Program-made: the position numbers and the translations under genes
Notes under the pieces: generated by a model
What the model saw: the letters and a program-made list of their open reading frames with translations, nothing else
Told to the model about the DNA's origin: nothing
Databases searched by the model: none
Shown: in pieces, positions 25,549 to 38,338 of the stretch
Position numbering within the stretch: the first letter of the stretch is position 1
How the letters are laid out: every line of letters begins with the position of its first letter
Origin: Patellaria atrata CBS 101060
Taxonomy: Eukaryota
DNA length: 64,000 bases
Direction of reading: 5' to 3'
Assembly: GCA_010093705.1 (NCBI GenBank)
Contig: MU006090.1
Location: forward strand, 1,701,817-1,765,816

Positions 25549-28281
25549 ATGCCTCAAGCATTGAGTTCTAAAGAGAACTCCTTGTTTAGGCAAGTAGTCA
25601 AAAGCTATGAGACCAAGCAATACAAGAAGGGTGAGTTAAGTTACATGTGCTCCTCCATATGATATCTGGTACGAACACGAGCTATGACACAGTCGTTAAT
25701 TATTCTTAGGGATCAAGGCCGCAGATCAAGTCCTTAGGAAGAGCCCTAACCATGGCGATACCCAGGCTATGAAAGCCCTCATTATGAATTCCCAGGGTCA
25801 CTCCGATGAAGCCTTTGCCCTGGCGAAAGTGGCTCTCAGAAATGATATGAAGTCACAAATCTGCTGGCATGTCTATGGTATACTCTATCGGTCACAGAAA
25901 AATTACGATGAGGCAATGAGAGCATACAGGACTGCACTCAGGCTAGACGGAGATTCTCAGCAGATACAGCGTGACCTGGCGATGCTTCAGATCCAGACTA
26001 GAGATTACGAAGGGTACATTGAAAGCAGGTTGACAATGCTGAAGGCAAAACCAAATACCAGACAGAATTGGACTGCTTTAGCCGTCGCACATCATCTAGC
26101 TGGGGACCTGACGAAGGCCGAAGACGTTCTAGTGAGATATGAGAACTCGTTAAATAATCCTCCACCCCGGACAGACTTAGAACACACCGAGGCGGCGCTT
26201 TATAAGAATACCATAATTGCGGAAGCCGGTGATTACCAAAGAGCGTTGGACCATATCGAGACTCTCCTGAAGCATCCTCTTGACCGAACAGCAGTCATGG
26301 AAATGAGGGCACAATATCTGCTAAAATTGGGGAAAAATGAAGACGCAGAGAAAGCTTACCGTGCTCTAATAGAGCGCAATAATGCATTCAGAGATTATTA
26401 TGACGGTTTAGAAAACGCATTGGGCCTGGACAGATTAAAGGAAGAATCAATAAATCGCCTCGCTGAGCTGTACGAGTCTCTAGCTAAAAAGGATGAGAGA
26501 GTAGATGCTCCCAGACGGATACCTCTCGATTTCTTACAAGGTGACACTTCTATCCCCTCTATGTCAACCTATGCCTAACATTTCATAGGATGTTCCTTTC
26601 GAAGTGCGGCGGACAGCTATCTTAAGCCTAGATTGAACAAAGGGATTCCATCTCTGTTTGCAAATGTGAAAGCGTTGTATAAAGATACTTCCAAACTACA
26701 AACGATTGAAGAACTTGTGAATAGCTACCTTGAAAAGTCTGCTATGAATGGAAGCGCAGAGGGGGAGACTAAAGCCGGGAAATCAGATAAGTTTGAGGAA
26801 TCGGTTTTGTACTTTTTGGCGCAGCATTACAACTACTTCTTGAGCCGTGATCTAGAAAAGGCGACATCTTTCATTGATCGGGCGCTTGAGAAGAATCCAA
26901 AGTCTGTGGACTTTAATATGACCAAGGCCAGGATATTTAAAAATTACGGAGACACTGAAAAGGCTGCGGCGGCAATGAACCATGCACGGGAGCTGGATGA
27001 GAAAGACCGATACATCAACACCAAATGTGCCAAGTACCAACTCCGTAACAATCAAAACGACGCTGCTCTGGAAACAATGAGCAAATTTACCCGAAATGAG
27101 ACAACTGGAGGTGCGTTGGGCGACCTGAAAGAAATGCAGTGTCTATGGTACTTCATCGAAGATGGAGAAGCCTTTGTGCGGAATGAGAAATACAATCTTG
27201 CACTCAAGCGGTTTCAGACTATCTACGATATTTTTGATATCTGGCAGGAGGATCAATTCGATTTCCACAACTTTTCGCTCAAGAAAGGACAGATCAGAGC
27301 TTATGTTAATCTCATAAGATGGGAAGACTACTTGAGAGGCCATCCTTTCTTTTCTAGAGCAGCCGTATCTGCTATAAAGATCTACATCCTCCTTCACGAC
27401 AGGCCCCATCTTGCATCGTTAGTGAATGGGGGCGCCGATTTCGAGAACTTGGATGAGAACGAGAAAAAGAAGGCTCTGAAAAAGGCCAAGAAAGAACAGG
27501 AGAAACAGGAAAAAGCTGAGGCTGAAAAACAGGCTACGAATAAGAAGACAACTGCTGATGGCGAAGTTAAGAAAGAGGACCTCGATCCCAAAGGCCTTAA
27601 ACTTCTACAGACGAAAGAACCTCTAGAAGATGCCACCAAGTGGGTCAATTTTGTGCTTCAGTTCAGTCCTAAGATGATTGAAGCGCAAAATGTGGGGTTT
27701 GAAGTCTATATCCGCAAAGGTAAATATCATTTTAGATAATCTAAGCAATGCCGTTGCTAAATGATCCCAGGCAAATACCTGCTCGCCACAAGGTGTCTGC
27801 TCGCAGCATCAAAGCTCGACCCTGAAAATCCCTCTTTACACGAACAGACTATCCGCCTACAGCATACCCGTAAGTCAAGTCATCCCATCCAAGCAATGCT
27901 GCTAATATATCAACAGTAAACACCCTCTCTGAACCCCTTGCCCCGAAGGTCTCAGAAGTGCTAAAAGAGACATTCAAACTTGTCCCCGCTGATACCTCTC
28001 TTCCATCTTTCAACGATTCCTTTTACGAAAGACATTCCCAGAGCGCACCCCACGTCCGCGCGGCCCTAAAGGTTCGCCAGCTTCTCACTGCGGACCAGTC
28101 CCGACCACAGAACGAGAAGGAGCTCTTGAATACCCTCTCATTTCCCACCGTCGCCTTAGCGGATGCGAAGGAAGGCCTAGCGCTCTTGAGCGAGTGGAAG
28201 AGTAGCCGAGAAGCGAAGGATGCGTACTTGGAGGCGGCGAGGAAGATCTGGCCGCAGGCAACGGTGTTTAAAAAGTCGTGA
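25549..28281 (+). CDS. NAT1: NatA N-terminal acetyltransferase auxiliary subunit (NAA15, TPR)
   Basis: MPQALSSKENSLF..YETKQYKKG, CWHVYG, DRYINTK, WQEDQFDFH. Exons 25549-25630, 25710-26540, 26589-27719, 27771-27869, 27917-28281. Confidence 0.95.
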
Positions 28282-28574
28282 GAGGGATGTTATGTCCTGG
28301 GGTATATATTGGGATTGGTACTTATACTGTAGTAAGCCGCAGAGTATCATAACAAAGGACGCTCCGTTTGAGAGCGGTGTTCATGCATAAGACTTGGAAA
28401 GAAACGTGTATTCATTCATTCCATTCCAGTTTTTCGTGGCGAGATGTCTCGGTAATTCTATATAGGGAGGCCCCCCTCGCCCATCATTCCGAACATGTCC
28501 CTTTCTCCTCCTCTCCCTCCTCATCTTCAACTTACTACTCCTCTCTCGCTCCTCACAGCCCATCGATCAGTCAT

Positions 28575-31500
28575 TCACTCGACCCCAAACCCTTCCCCAA
28601 CCACCTCCACCAATTTGACCAACTCCCCCAAAACCTCCTCATCCCGTCGGGCAACCGTGACCGCCTTCCCCAGCAACGGAAACAAGCGATGCAAATGCTT
28701 CCTCCCAGCCCCTCTCACGCCCTCAACCTCCGGAATCGCCAACGGCTCCACCTCGAGCTCTCCAAGCCTCCTCAACACAAACAGCAATTCCTCCCTCTGA
28801 CTCTCAGGCTGCGGCATGCGGCCCCGGAGCGGCTGGTCGGCGATGTACGCCTTGATGGGCAACGCGGCGCGGAGGATGAAGTAGGGCGCCGCGGCCTGCG
28901 CGAGGCGGACGCAGGCGGGGGAGGAGTCGTGGGCCGCGACGAGGGAGAGGAGCTCGGAGAGGCAGAGGTACGCCATGCGGGTGCGGGACGTGGGGGCAGG
29001 GTCGGAGGTGCGGCTGAGGCGGACGGCGTAGAGGTCGCGGAGCGGGGATGCGCCGGGCGGGGGTATCTCGCCGGGCATGGCGCGGTGGATGAGGGAGTTC
29101 GTGAAGAGGGCGGATGTGTAGGCGCGGCGGGTTTGGTCGGGGATGGCGGCGGCGCCGAGGGAGGGGATGAGGAGGTTACGGAGGGCGGTGAAGGAGGTTA
29201 GGTCGAAGGATTCGTCAGATGAGATTGGGTGGGTTGGGGGAAGGGGGGAGAGGTCCGCGGAGATGATGCCCGTAGAGATTTCGATAGTGCGGGTCCAGAT
29301 GTCGCGGGTAATCATGTCGGGGAGGGAGAGGGTTTGGATGGTTGTTAAGGCGGGATCGAGTATCGCGAGGGAGACGGAGGTGGCTTTTTGCCAGGGCGAG
29401 GGGGCTTTGCCTTCGGTGCGCCATTTATATTTGAGGTTTATGGCTCGTTTTAAGCTTTCTAGTATGGTTTGGAAAGCGCCGGAGGTGTATAGCTCACTAT
29501 CATTGATGTGCTTGATTGATATGGTTTGTGCCATTGTCATTGATGCCTTTGACAATGATATAAATGTTCGGTTCTTTTTCGAAGGCTCAAGGACATCGTT
29601 TTCGTACGGTACAGCAATGAAGTCAGAGAGGAGCATCAAGATCTTACCAGGTACGCCAGAGAAATCGGTACGAATAATACCTAGGCATTCCATTACTTGG
29701 GCTTGCAGAGAGGTGAGATGATCCACATCGGATGAATATGTATGAGAGTCTGACTTTTCTACACACTCCTTCATATAACCAGTAACTTTAGAGATATCGT
29801 CCAAAGTAGTCTTATTTTCGTTTAGTCGATAAATTTCTTTGTATGTTCGCATGTAGGTCTCCAGAGCTTCCTGGTTATTTGACATAGCTTGCTTATATGC
29901 AGTAACAATCGGGGGTCCAAGCATCCAAATATCTGTTATTTGACAAAGGGAATCTTGTGCGATATGAGAGGGATCTTCGATCCGTGAAAGCATATTACCC
30001 ATTGTAGCATAAACGATCGCATTGATACGATTTGATTGAAGGTCAAGATATGATTTGAAGGCGTCCATCAAATTACTCCAAATGTTGGTAAAGCTTGGAG
30101 CTCGGATGATTGGCTCAAAATAAATAGCAAAGAGGTGGGAGATACCATCAAAGAGCACTTTAGTTGTTTCATTCCAGGATTTTATATTGTCAGTTGACGT
30201 GGAATCGATCTTTCGTATCCGGTCTTGCTCCTTGATGTTGGCGTTAACCATCTTAAACACCACAAGGTTGATACAAAGAGTCCATGCTTCGGACGAGAGC
30301 TGCTGGCCATAATTATCGAAGATCCTGAGGATGGTCTGAACTGCACCGTTTCGGACCTCAGCTCGAGGATCCGCAGTTACAGCAGCCAAACGGAACAAGA
30401 GCAGGCACCAAAGCGCGGAGATGGAACCTTGCCGGGTAACTGAAATTAGATCATTCAAAACATCAGTTTTACCATCTATAACCTTGCTCAACTCCGTTAT
30501 TGATACTGCTTCTATACGCCCATGGAGAAAATCGGAAACATTCCAAAAGAAGGTGATAGTCTTTTTCAGGTCAGTAAGGAGACACACGTATCATCAAGGG
30601 TTCACGTACGGTAAGGGAGATATTAAGGTCATTTTCCTGCGAAGAAAAGTGGAACAGAATTTCTAGTAGAGTTGAGAAGCATGAGTCCGGTATAGATTGC
30701 AAAAAATCAGAGCAAACAAGTTGCAAAGATCCGAAAGCCGACCGACACAGCTTTAAGGATATCACCGTAGAACTCCTTTTCTGGGGTACAGCGCCAGCCG
30801 TCAGTCCCTCGTCGTTTTCGATGTTTTCTTGGTTGTACATCTCAAAGACACTCAGTAAGGCACCGAAAACGGAGTTCCACCCAGCTGTGATTGATTCACC
30901 GCATTCCTCGAGAATGGATTTCAGTGCCTGCAAAATAGTTGCATGAACCTCCGTTGTAACTTCATCCAAGCTTTTTCTAACGCTTGATTCACTTCTATAA
31001 AGTGAACCAATTGAGGAGTTGATAGCAGATAACAGTCTCTTCTGCACTGCATTTTTTTGGTCTTCTTCTAGAGACATAGAGGCTTTCGCAGTCTCCTGAA
31101 CGATCTTACTTATGATATCCGAAGATAAGAGGCGGCTGGTATTCGACGCCTCAGGTAGTGCAGCCGCTATCGTTAACTCCTGAAAAAGGACATTCCATCC
31201 GCTCTCTGAAGGCTCATAATAAATCAATCGATCAAGATTCAGCGACCCGAGCTCCCCTATCTTGCTTAAGACGAAAACACGGTCTTGTGAGTGGGCGGTG
31301 TTCAGAGAGATACCAGACATGCTAGTCATTCTCTTCTGTTGTCCCTGTTGTGTAGTTGTGGATGATCCATTTGAGCGCTGAGGTAGGCTAACTTTATCAT
31401 GAAGCAAGCTGGAAAGACTGTCGAGGATACGGATAAAAGCATCATTGGGATAATCGACCGTGCTTTCGAACATTCGTATAGCAGCAGATTTAACCGCTGA

Positions 31501-33915
31501 GATCTCGCTATTGATAGACTGTGTTGATCCGGTATCATCGATTTTGTGCCCAACTTTACCGGCTGTCACTGCTAGTACGATATCAGCTTTTTGAAGAGTT
31601 TCCAACACAATAGTCCATGCTTTATCTAGCGTAGGACCAAGAGCGATTGCGAGATTTAGAAGTGCACGAAGGCAAAGTAGATTTCTCGCCCCTAAAGAGG
31701 GAGTCAAGTCGATTGACGACCGCCGATGCCTATCTGACGAAATATTGGATGCCTGGCCAACAAGACTATCGACACTCAGGAGCCCTTTTGCATTACTAAA
31801 CAACTTCGGAGACTCTAGTGGTTGCGGAGTTGATGGCATTAAATTTGCCGTTAGTATGTTAGGGGGAACAGCTGACTTGCTGAGGGTAGTCAAAAAGGCA
31901 TCCCTGGATGTCCCTAACCGGAGTAAGCCAGATACTTGGGTAAACTTCTGTATTGAACGGACTAAGGATCGATAATAGTCAGCATCCAGAGTGGCATTGA
32001 GAAAGGTCGAGCAAGTTGCAAGAACAGCAGGCCAACCAGACATGATTATGGCAGATACAATTTTTACTGCCCCAAACATTGAGTGGTCTTCCAATTCGAG
32101 TGGATTGACAGGCACATTTCTTCTCCGGTAAGAGGTCGATCTGGGTCTAGTTATAGTTGAATGAGCTGAGACTGACCTCTCAACATCTTCATCGTCTGCT
32201 CCAGGTTGAGATTTGGATTTCTTCTTGGTCTTTACTTCGCTGTGGACAGTAAGAGGAAGTATTATTTTAGCCATACTCTCGGACAGACTGTTGATACATC
32301 CCATTACGAGACTATGAACGTACGTCTCTGGTAAAGATGGCGGTTCCAACTTATCTAATTGTTCAATGCACGGCGTCCGTAATGTGCTCCATTGTGAACT
32401 CAACCCGGTGTATTGAGCGGAAGTACTTGTAACTGCACCACCAATAACACCAGCTGTTGCTCCAGCTTCTACGGCCACCTGTTCTGCGCTAGGGTCCCTT
32501 AATTGGTAATTCGTAGCTGGAGCTGATGATTGCTGTCCTAAGCCAATTGCTGCTGGCTTTTCGATCACGAGTCTGACAAATGCCGCAAGGTTATCCCCTA
32601 GAATAGACTTTTTACCTTCCATTTCGTCAAACCCATGGTATATCTCTAGAACCAGACCTGGTTCGGTGTATATCCCCCTAAATATTTCCATGCACAAGGC
32701 ACGCTTCCAAGGCGTTGCTGCATCGGGATCCAACATATGATTCAACAACCCTAAAGCCATCTCGCACTCTGCTGGCATGGTTGAGAGATGATGCCTGATC
32801 AGAATGTTGAGAACACGCATTATACGGACTGTGACCGGGAAATTCGAACGCTCTGAGATCGACCTTATGATGAATGGCATGAGTATACTACGTAGGATAT
32901 TTGCCTGTTCTGGGTGAGACGAAAACACATCTCCATGATTCGTTAAGATAGACTCGATGAGTTCGAGTCCGGATGATTGAGAGATATTAGACAGTCGAAC
33001 AGCCTGTGCTTTACCCCCTTCTATGAGAATGCAAACATCACGAAAGATCTGCAGAAATTAGTACAAACGATGAAACCCTTCTGTGGAACATACGTGAAAG
33101 GCATCATATGCGCCTGCCCGGACCTGTACCGTCCCGTCTTCGTCAGGTACCTCTCCAACAGTGGGTAGCTCGAGTGATCTCTCTTCCTGACGGTTAGCGA
33201 ACGATTTGGGTTATATATTTTCATCACCTACCGTCCTCTTCGACAACTCTATCGAAGACAGCGATCACTAATTGCTGAAGTGTAGCTGCAGCGGTATTAC
33301 TTATCGCTGGGGCTTTTGACCCCTGAAGAATCGAGCATATTTGGAGGACATTGTACAAGAGATCACGTCGCAGCTCAGTAGGATAGGTCTGCACTAAGAT
33401 TGGTAAGACTTGAAGTATCTTGATTTGAATATCAACCCCTACCATCAATAAGCTTAATTCGAATCGATGATGATGATCCAAGTACCTAGACCGCTTGACT
33501 CTCTTAACGCTTCTAATACCGATTTAAGCCTTTCTCTGGGCAAAGCATGAGATACAGCTAGCCTGTGAAGGCTAACAACTGCAGGGGAAGCAAATTTAGC
33601 ATTCTGAGTGCTACATGCTATGAGAAATGGATTGATGAAGTACGGCCTTCGGGAGAGATCTCTTGGGTTGTCAGCTTGAATACTACAAATAAAGGGATAC
33701 AGTTAGTACCGGCTGCCAGCTGTACTTCAGATGTCGTAGGTAAGCCTTTGATATCTTGTAAAGACTTCTCTGCAGCCTGTACGTAATTGAGTTAGTGCGT
33801 GTTCATATGTACTTTTATGCATATCCGTATAGAATACATTTTTGAGCTCTGAATGTTTACGCTTCGATTCTTGTACAATATTGCTGAGTTCTGTGATGAG
33901 TATTTGAGAAGTCAT
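28575..33915 (-). CDS. MON2: MON2 endosomal/Golgi Arf-GEF-like scaffold
   Basis: N-terminus MTSQILITELSNIVQESKRKH; DIQIKILQ; RDAFLTTLSK; LQLVCSDFL; DLNISLT; DPRAEVRNGA; YIADQPLRGRMPQP. Several short 5' exons plus two large exons; some internal boundaries approximate. Confidence 0.92.
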
Positions 33916-34272
33916 GCTCAAACTGGTGACTAGTGTTTTGTGATTTGATCCATGGGATTATATGCAGACATTATGTTTTTTCAGTGGCCTTGGGCTGTCG
34001 GATATGGGTTGTATGTATATTAGAACAAGGGGAAAGTTCGCTGCCTCCCGTGAGCTTAATGCCAAGACTGACACCATTGGGCTTCCTGGTGAATGACTCT
34101 GCCCAGTACCTTACGGTATATAAGTGTACAAAAGAAACAATCGTAACCCTAAGAAAGATTGTTAAAGCAGTCACGGCATTCTCATTCTATCCCATACTCT
34201 GGAAACCCATCTGAAGTACAACTCCAAAGATCCAGCGCGTCAACGCAGTGCTCTTACCCCTCCCCCGCTACA

Positions 34273-34901
34273 ATGGCCAAAGTCCCCAGAAACTTTCGTC
34301 TCCTGGAAGAGCTTGAGAAAGGAGAGAAAGGTTTGGGAGCTGGTAAGGGCTCAGATCCGCTATACCAAAGTGTGCTAACTTATTGTTAGAGGCTTGCTCA
34401 TACGGCCTGGAAAACGGCGACGATCTTCTCATGACCAACTGGAACGGTACTATTCTCGGACCACCCCACGCAAGTTACAATCAACTTCAACCTCAAGGAC
34501 AGGAAGCTAACATAGTCCCACAGAGTGTTCATGAAAACCGTATCTATAGCTTAAAGATCCACTGTGGTCCAGACTACCCTGATGTCCCTCCTGAAATCTC
34601 ATTCGTATCAAAGATCAATCTGCCTTGTGTAGATCCGAACAATGGCAAAGTATGTAAATGAGAGAATGTGGAGGGTCACACAGCTGAAGGTCTTGCTAGG
34701 TCGATCCGGGAAAATTACCCTGCTTGATGGACTGGAAGAGGCAATTCACCATGGAGACAATCCTTATCGAGCTTAGAAGGTAGCATAATTCCTGCTTGAA
34801 GAACTGGGTTTATGGTCATATTCTAACTGTGATGTAGGTATATGGCCCTCCCACAGCATAAGAAACTGCCGCAGCCTCCGGAAGGGTCCAGTTACAGCTA
34901 G
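34273..34901 (+). CDS. MMS2: Ubiquitin-conjugating enzyme variant (UEV)
   Basis: MAKVPRNFRLLEELEKGEKG, WNGTILGPPH|SVHENRIY, KKLPQPPEG. Exons 34273-34342, 34390-34469, 34524-34649, 34700-34779, 34838-34901; intron 2 is GC-AG. Confidence 0.95.
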
Positions 34902-35306
34902 AGATACAAACTCATACGTTGGAGAATTTGTATTACCTGGTCCTCGAGGAGGACCGGCTTACTTGTGGGGTATGGAAGATGAGGCATGAGTTCTGATATG
35001 ATGGATTACGACTTAATCCTACACATGATTTGATGGTACAGCATTTCCGGTGTCAGGGGGATTGGATCATTTATTAAATCTTCCAACAGCAATATACCAA
35101 TTTAAATGATACTCTTGACTTCAATTTTGATGTGTATATTGACTCCTCATGACGTTTATCAAATAGCAAAATACTCTTTAGTTGTTTTGGTAGCTAAAGT
35201 GACTCCGTATCACGGCCGATTGACAGGGGTTCTCACAGCATCTAAGCTCCAATGGAAGGATTCATAGCTCAGAACATCAGGTAACCTCAAGCATAAAAAA
35301 TATGGA

Positions 35307-36204
35307 ATGCCGCTGTACATCCACCCTAAAAAGCTGCTAGCACACCGAGTGGCAGCAATTGCTCTCTATCGAGGCCTGTTGTCAGCATGCGCGGATATCC
35401 CATTCGAACCTAATCAACGCACTAAGCTTCAAAATATTACTCGAAATCGATTCAAGCACAATCAAGGTCTTCAGAGTAAACGCTTGCTACGACAAGCCTT
35501 CTATGCTGGCTATGAAGTACGCTCGGTTCTAGGGAGTTTTAAGATATGACTGCTCATAAACTGTACAGGCCTTGAACGTCCTAGAGAGTGCTGCCGCAGG
35601 GGACGTCACCAGCGGAGAGCGAATTTTATCCATACTCTCCCAAACACCTTCTCGCTTGACCCGCCGCCCCAAACAACGTGCGCTTAAACGTCTTCCCGTC
35701 AAAGACGATCGAGCTCGTACGCTTCCGCCAGGGCAGAAACTTCTTGAGACTCGTCCACATAAGCATGTAACCGGTATCCGTCGCGTCCCCAAACTCATCT
35801 ACGCCAATGGATTCCCAATGCTCAGGATTAAAAAGCCACAATCACATAGTGTGGGACGAGTTATACGGCAACTGGTATCGCAACGTGTGCGACGATGGGA
35901 GGACAGATGGCAATTGGAGGACTGGTGGATACCAATGAGCAGGATGGAGGATAGATGGGATAATATACTTCTTGCGGAATGTGGAGTTGGAGACGTCCAG
36001 GAGAGCGAGAGCAAGTGGGAGTACTCTGTGTTATCTGCATTTCAGGACTTGCGGGCCAGACAGGACAAGACTCGAGATAAGGGTACCCAGATGGCGAGGC
36101 GGATGCAAGAGATTGTAGACCAGGAGCAGGAACTTGCTAATAACGAACAGGCGATGAGAGATGCGCAATTTGAGGTGCAAAGAAGATTACAGACGAAACG
36201 ATAG
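35307..36204 (+). CDS. LYR-motif (Complex1_LYR-like) mitochondrial protein
   Basis: AHRVAAIALYRGLL..RNRF in a basic protein; one intron at 35517-35568. Confidence 0.75.
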
Positions 36205-36776
36205 GTAAGAGCATTGGGCTGTCTAATTACCAAATTGGTGGAGGCATTTCGTGAATTCCTTACTACAAGTTACGGCAATTGGAGGACATGCCGGTAATTC
36301 GCCTACTCCTTTCTCTATTGTAAATACCCCTAACCTACCCTAGGTTCCTCTTGAGGTGGAAACTTTTCAAATCTACTGTACACAAGATCAAGGTAGGCTG
36401 TACAGTACAACGGATTTAGAGGCACAACATCGAATAACTAAAACCTCTTGATATTAGGTCATAACTCTGTTTATCAGTACTTTACTGTATGTAGAACAGC
36501 TATAGCTAAGCTAAGAAACCCTATTACAATGCAGAAGGTGGTAAAAGTTCAATGTTTTGACGATCCCGTTTGTAGTATCTCTTTCCTCTTACCTCAATGT
36601 CGACTTCCAATCTCTTCACATAGAATCTCGGTCATGAGGCCACCGAACCTCGTCGCTGCCTCAGTTTAATCCTCATAAATACTTTGATCCTCAGGAAGTT
36701 TTCTCTCAAACTTATCATCAACATCGTAAAGAGTATCGTCGTATAAAACATTGGATATACATACCGAACATCCACA

Positions 36777-37758
36777 ATGAAGTACACTGCAGCTCTATTC
36801 CTCATCTTTTCAACAGTCTGGTGCTCACCTCATCTGAAATGGCCTCGAGTTCCATATGTAGTTCCGTCCACTGTACCGGCAGGATGCGTAGCAGACTTCA
36901 ACGGTAGTTTCGGCCTCGCTGTCATGTCGCTAGGTCCAAAGACCAAGAGGACGGTCAAGTGAGTACCCTTCCCTTCGTTTCATCCTTTTGTCTATATCTC
37001 GTTTCAGCAAACTTACCATTCTCAGCACAAGCCTACCAGTCCACTGCAGATGCAACTCCGCCCATGCGATGGACCGTCCCTGTAACTGCGCCCTCGGTAC
37101 CTCCTATTCCGTACTAGCACACTCCGAGCCTCTCGGGGACGACACCTCCGAATCCGACACCGACACCGACACTGACGACTCGGACTACGACACAGACTCA
37201 GAGTGCCCGCCGGGGCCCCCTCTTCCAGCAATCTCGCAGATCCCAGACGGACAGATCCAAGCTCCACCCAAAGTCGTCGATCCGTCCATTCCAGCAATCT
37301 CTCAGATCCCCGATGGACAGATCCAAGCTCCCCCAAAAGTCGTGGATCCGCCTATTCCAGCAATCTCCCAGATCCCCGACGGACAGGTTCAAGCACCCTC
37401 CTGTCGGCCCGCTAGTACCACCTCTTCCGGTAAAGGTACCTTCCGCTCTTGCATTGGACCTTCGACTCTCCGCCTCTACCTCAGCAAGGGACAGTTGCGC
37501 GATTCGGTCGGACGCACTGGGTATATTGCGTCGAACCATCAGTTCCAGTTCGATAACCCGCCGCAAGGTAACGCGCTCTCGCATGGTGGCTACAGCGTCT
37601 GTGGAGACAAGTTGGCCCTGAGGGGGAACAAGAAGTGGTTCCGTTGCCGCAGCGGGGATTTCTATAACCTGTATGAGGGAGGTAGTAAGGAGTTGGCCAG
37701 CTGGGGGCAGTGCGAGAGTGTCGGATTGAGGATTGTAGAGTTGGTGGAGTGTAAGTGA
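36777..37758 (+). CDS. PIR-family (Cis3-like) cell-wall protein
   Basis: Signal peptide, dibasic KR site, three SQIPDGQ[IV]QA PIR repeats, C-terminal Cys domain (GRTGYIASNHQFQFD, CRSGDFYNLY). Intron 36959-37025. Confidence 0.9.
37225..37398 (+). repeat. 66-bp coding tandem repeat (PIR units), about 2.6 copies
   Basis: CCAGCAATCTC starts at 37225, 37291 and 37357 (22-aa unit PAISQIPDGQIQAPPKVVDPxI). Confidence 0.95.
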
Positions 37759-38338
37759 CCGGAAATTGTCAAGGAGGATTACGAGGACGCCTTGGAGGAA
37801 CTGGTCATATCCGTTGCGCGTTTCGCTGAAGGGTTCATGTGAGACTGAGCTCTGGGAATGTGACTTGAGGTGTAAGTACATAATTGTAGTGCGATGATTG
37901 GTTATGGGCAGGCATTTTGAGAAATGGATGATTGTTGCTACGAGTCGACGAGGCGATTGGTGTTTTACGAGCAATGACAACGAATGCTTTTTGTTATCCC
38001 ATGACTTGGGACCCTCGCGAGTATGCTCAATTGTTTCGAATCAGGTCTATGGTATGAAGAAACCAGTGATGATTCATTGCATAATATTAAACCGCTTTAC
38101 AAGGAACCTGAAGCTCAATATAAGAGAACCCAGCCAAACTCCTTAGTATTCAGCCATCCATCGGACAGACTCCATATGCTCATTTCCTCCCATCGAATTG
38201 AATCCGGTATGATAATTTTCTCTGCAACTTAGTCTAATAGTACACGGGGAAGAAAATTCAAATGATCGGTGTAAAGATTAGGAGTGGAAGCAGCCTGGTC
38301 GAACGGAGAGAGCCTGACAGACGCCATCTAGACGACGT

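Noticed and set aside
28368..29721. Long + ORFs (277 aa, 192 aa) opposite the MON2 3' end
   Set aside because: By-product of stop depletion in the GC-rich skew island; translations are low-complexity.
37225..37398. Regularly spaced repeats superficially like a CRISPR array
   Set aside because: Coding PIR repeats with near-identical intervening sequence in a eukaryotic gene; no cas genes.
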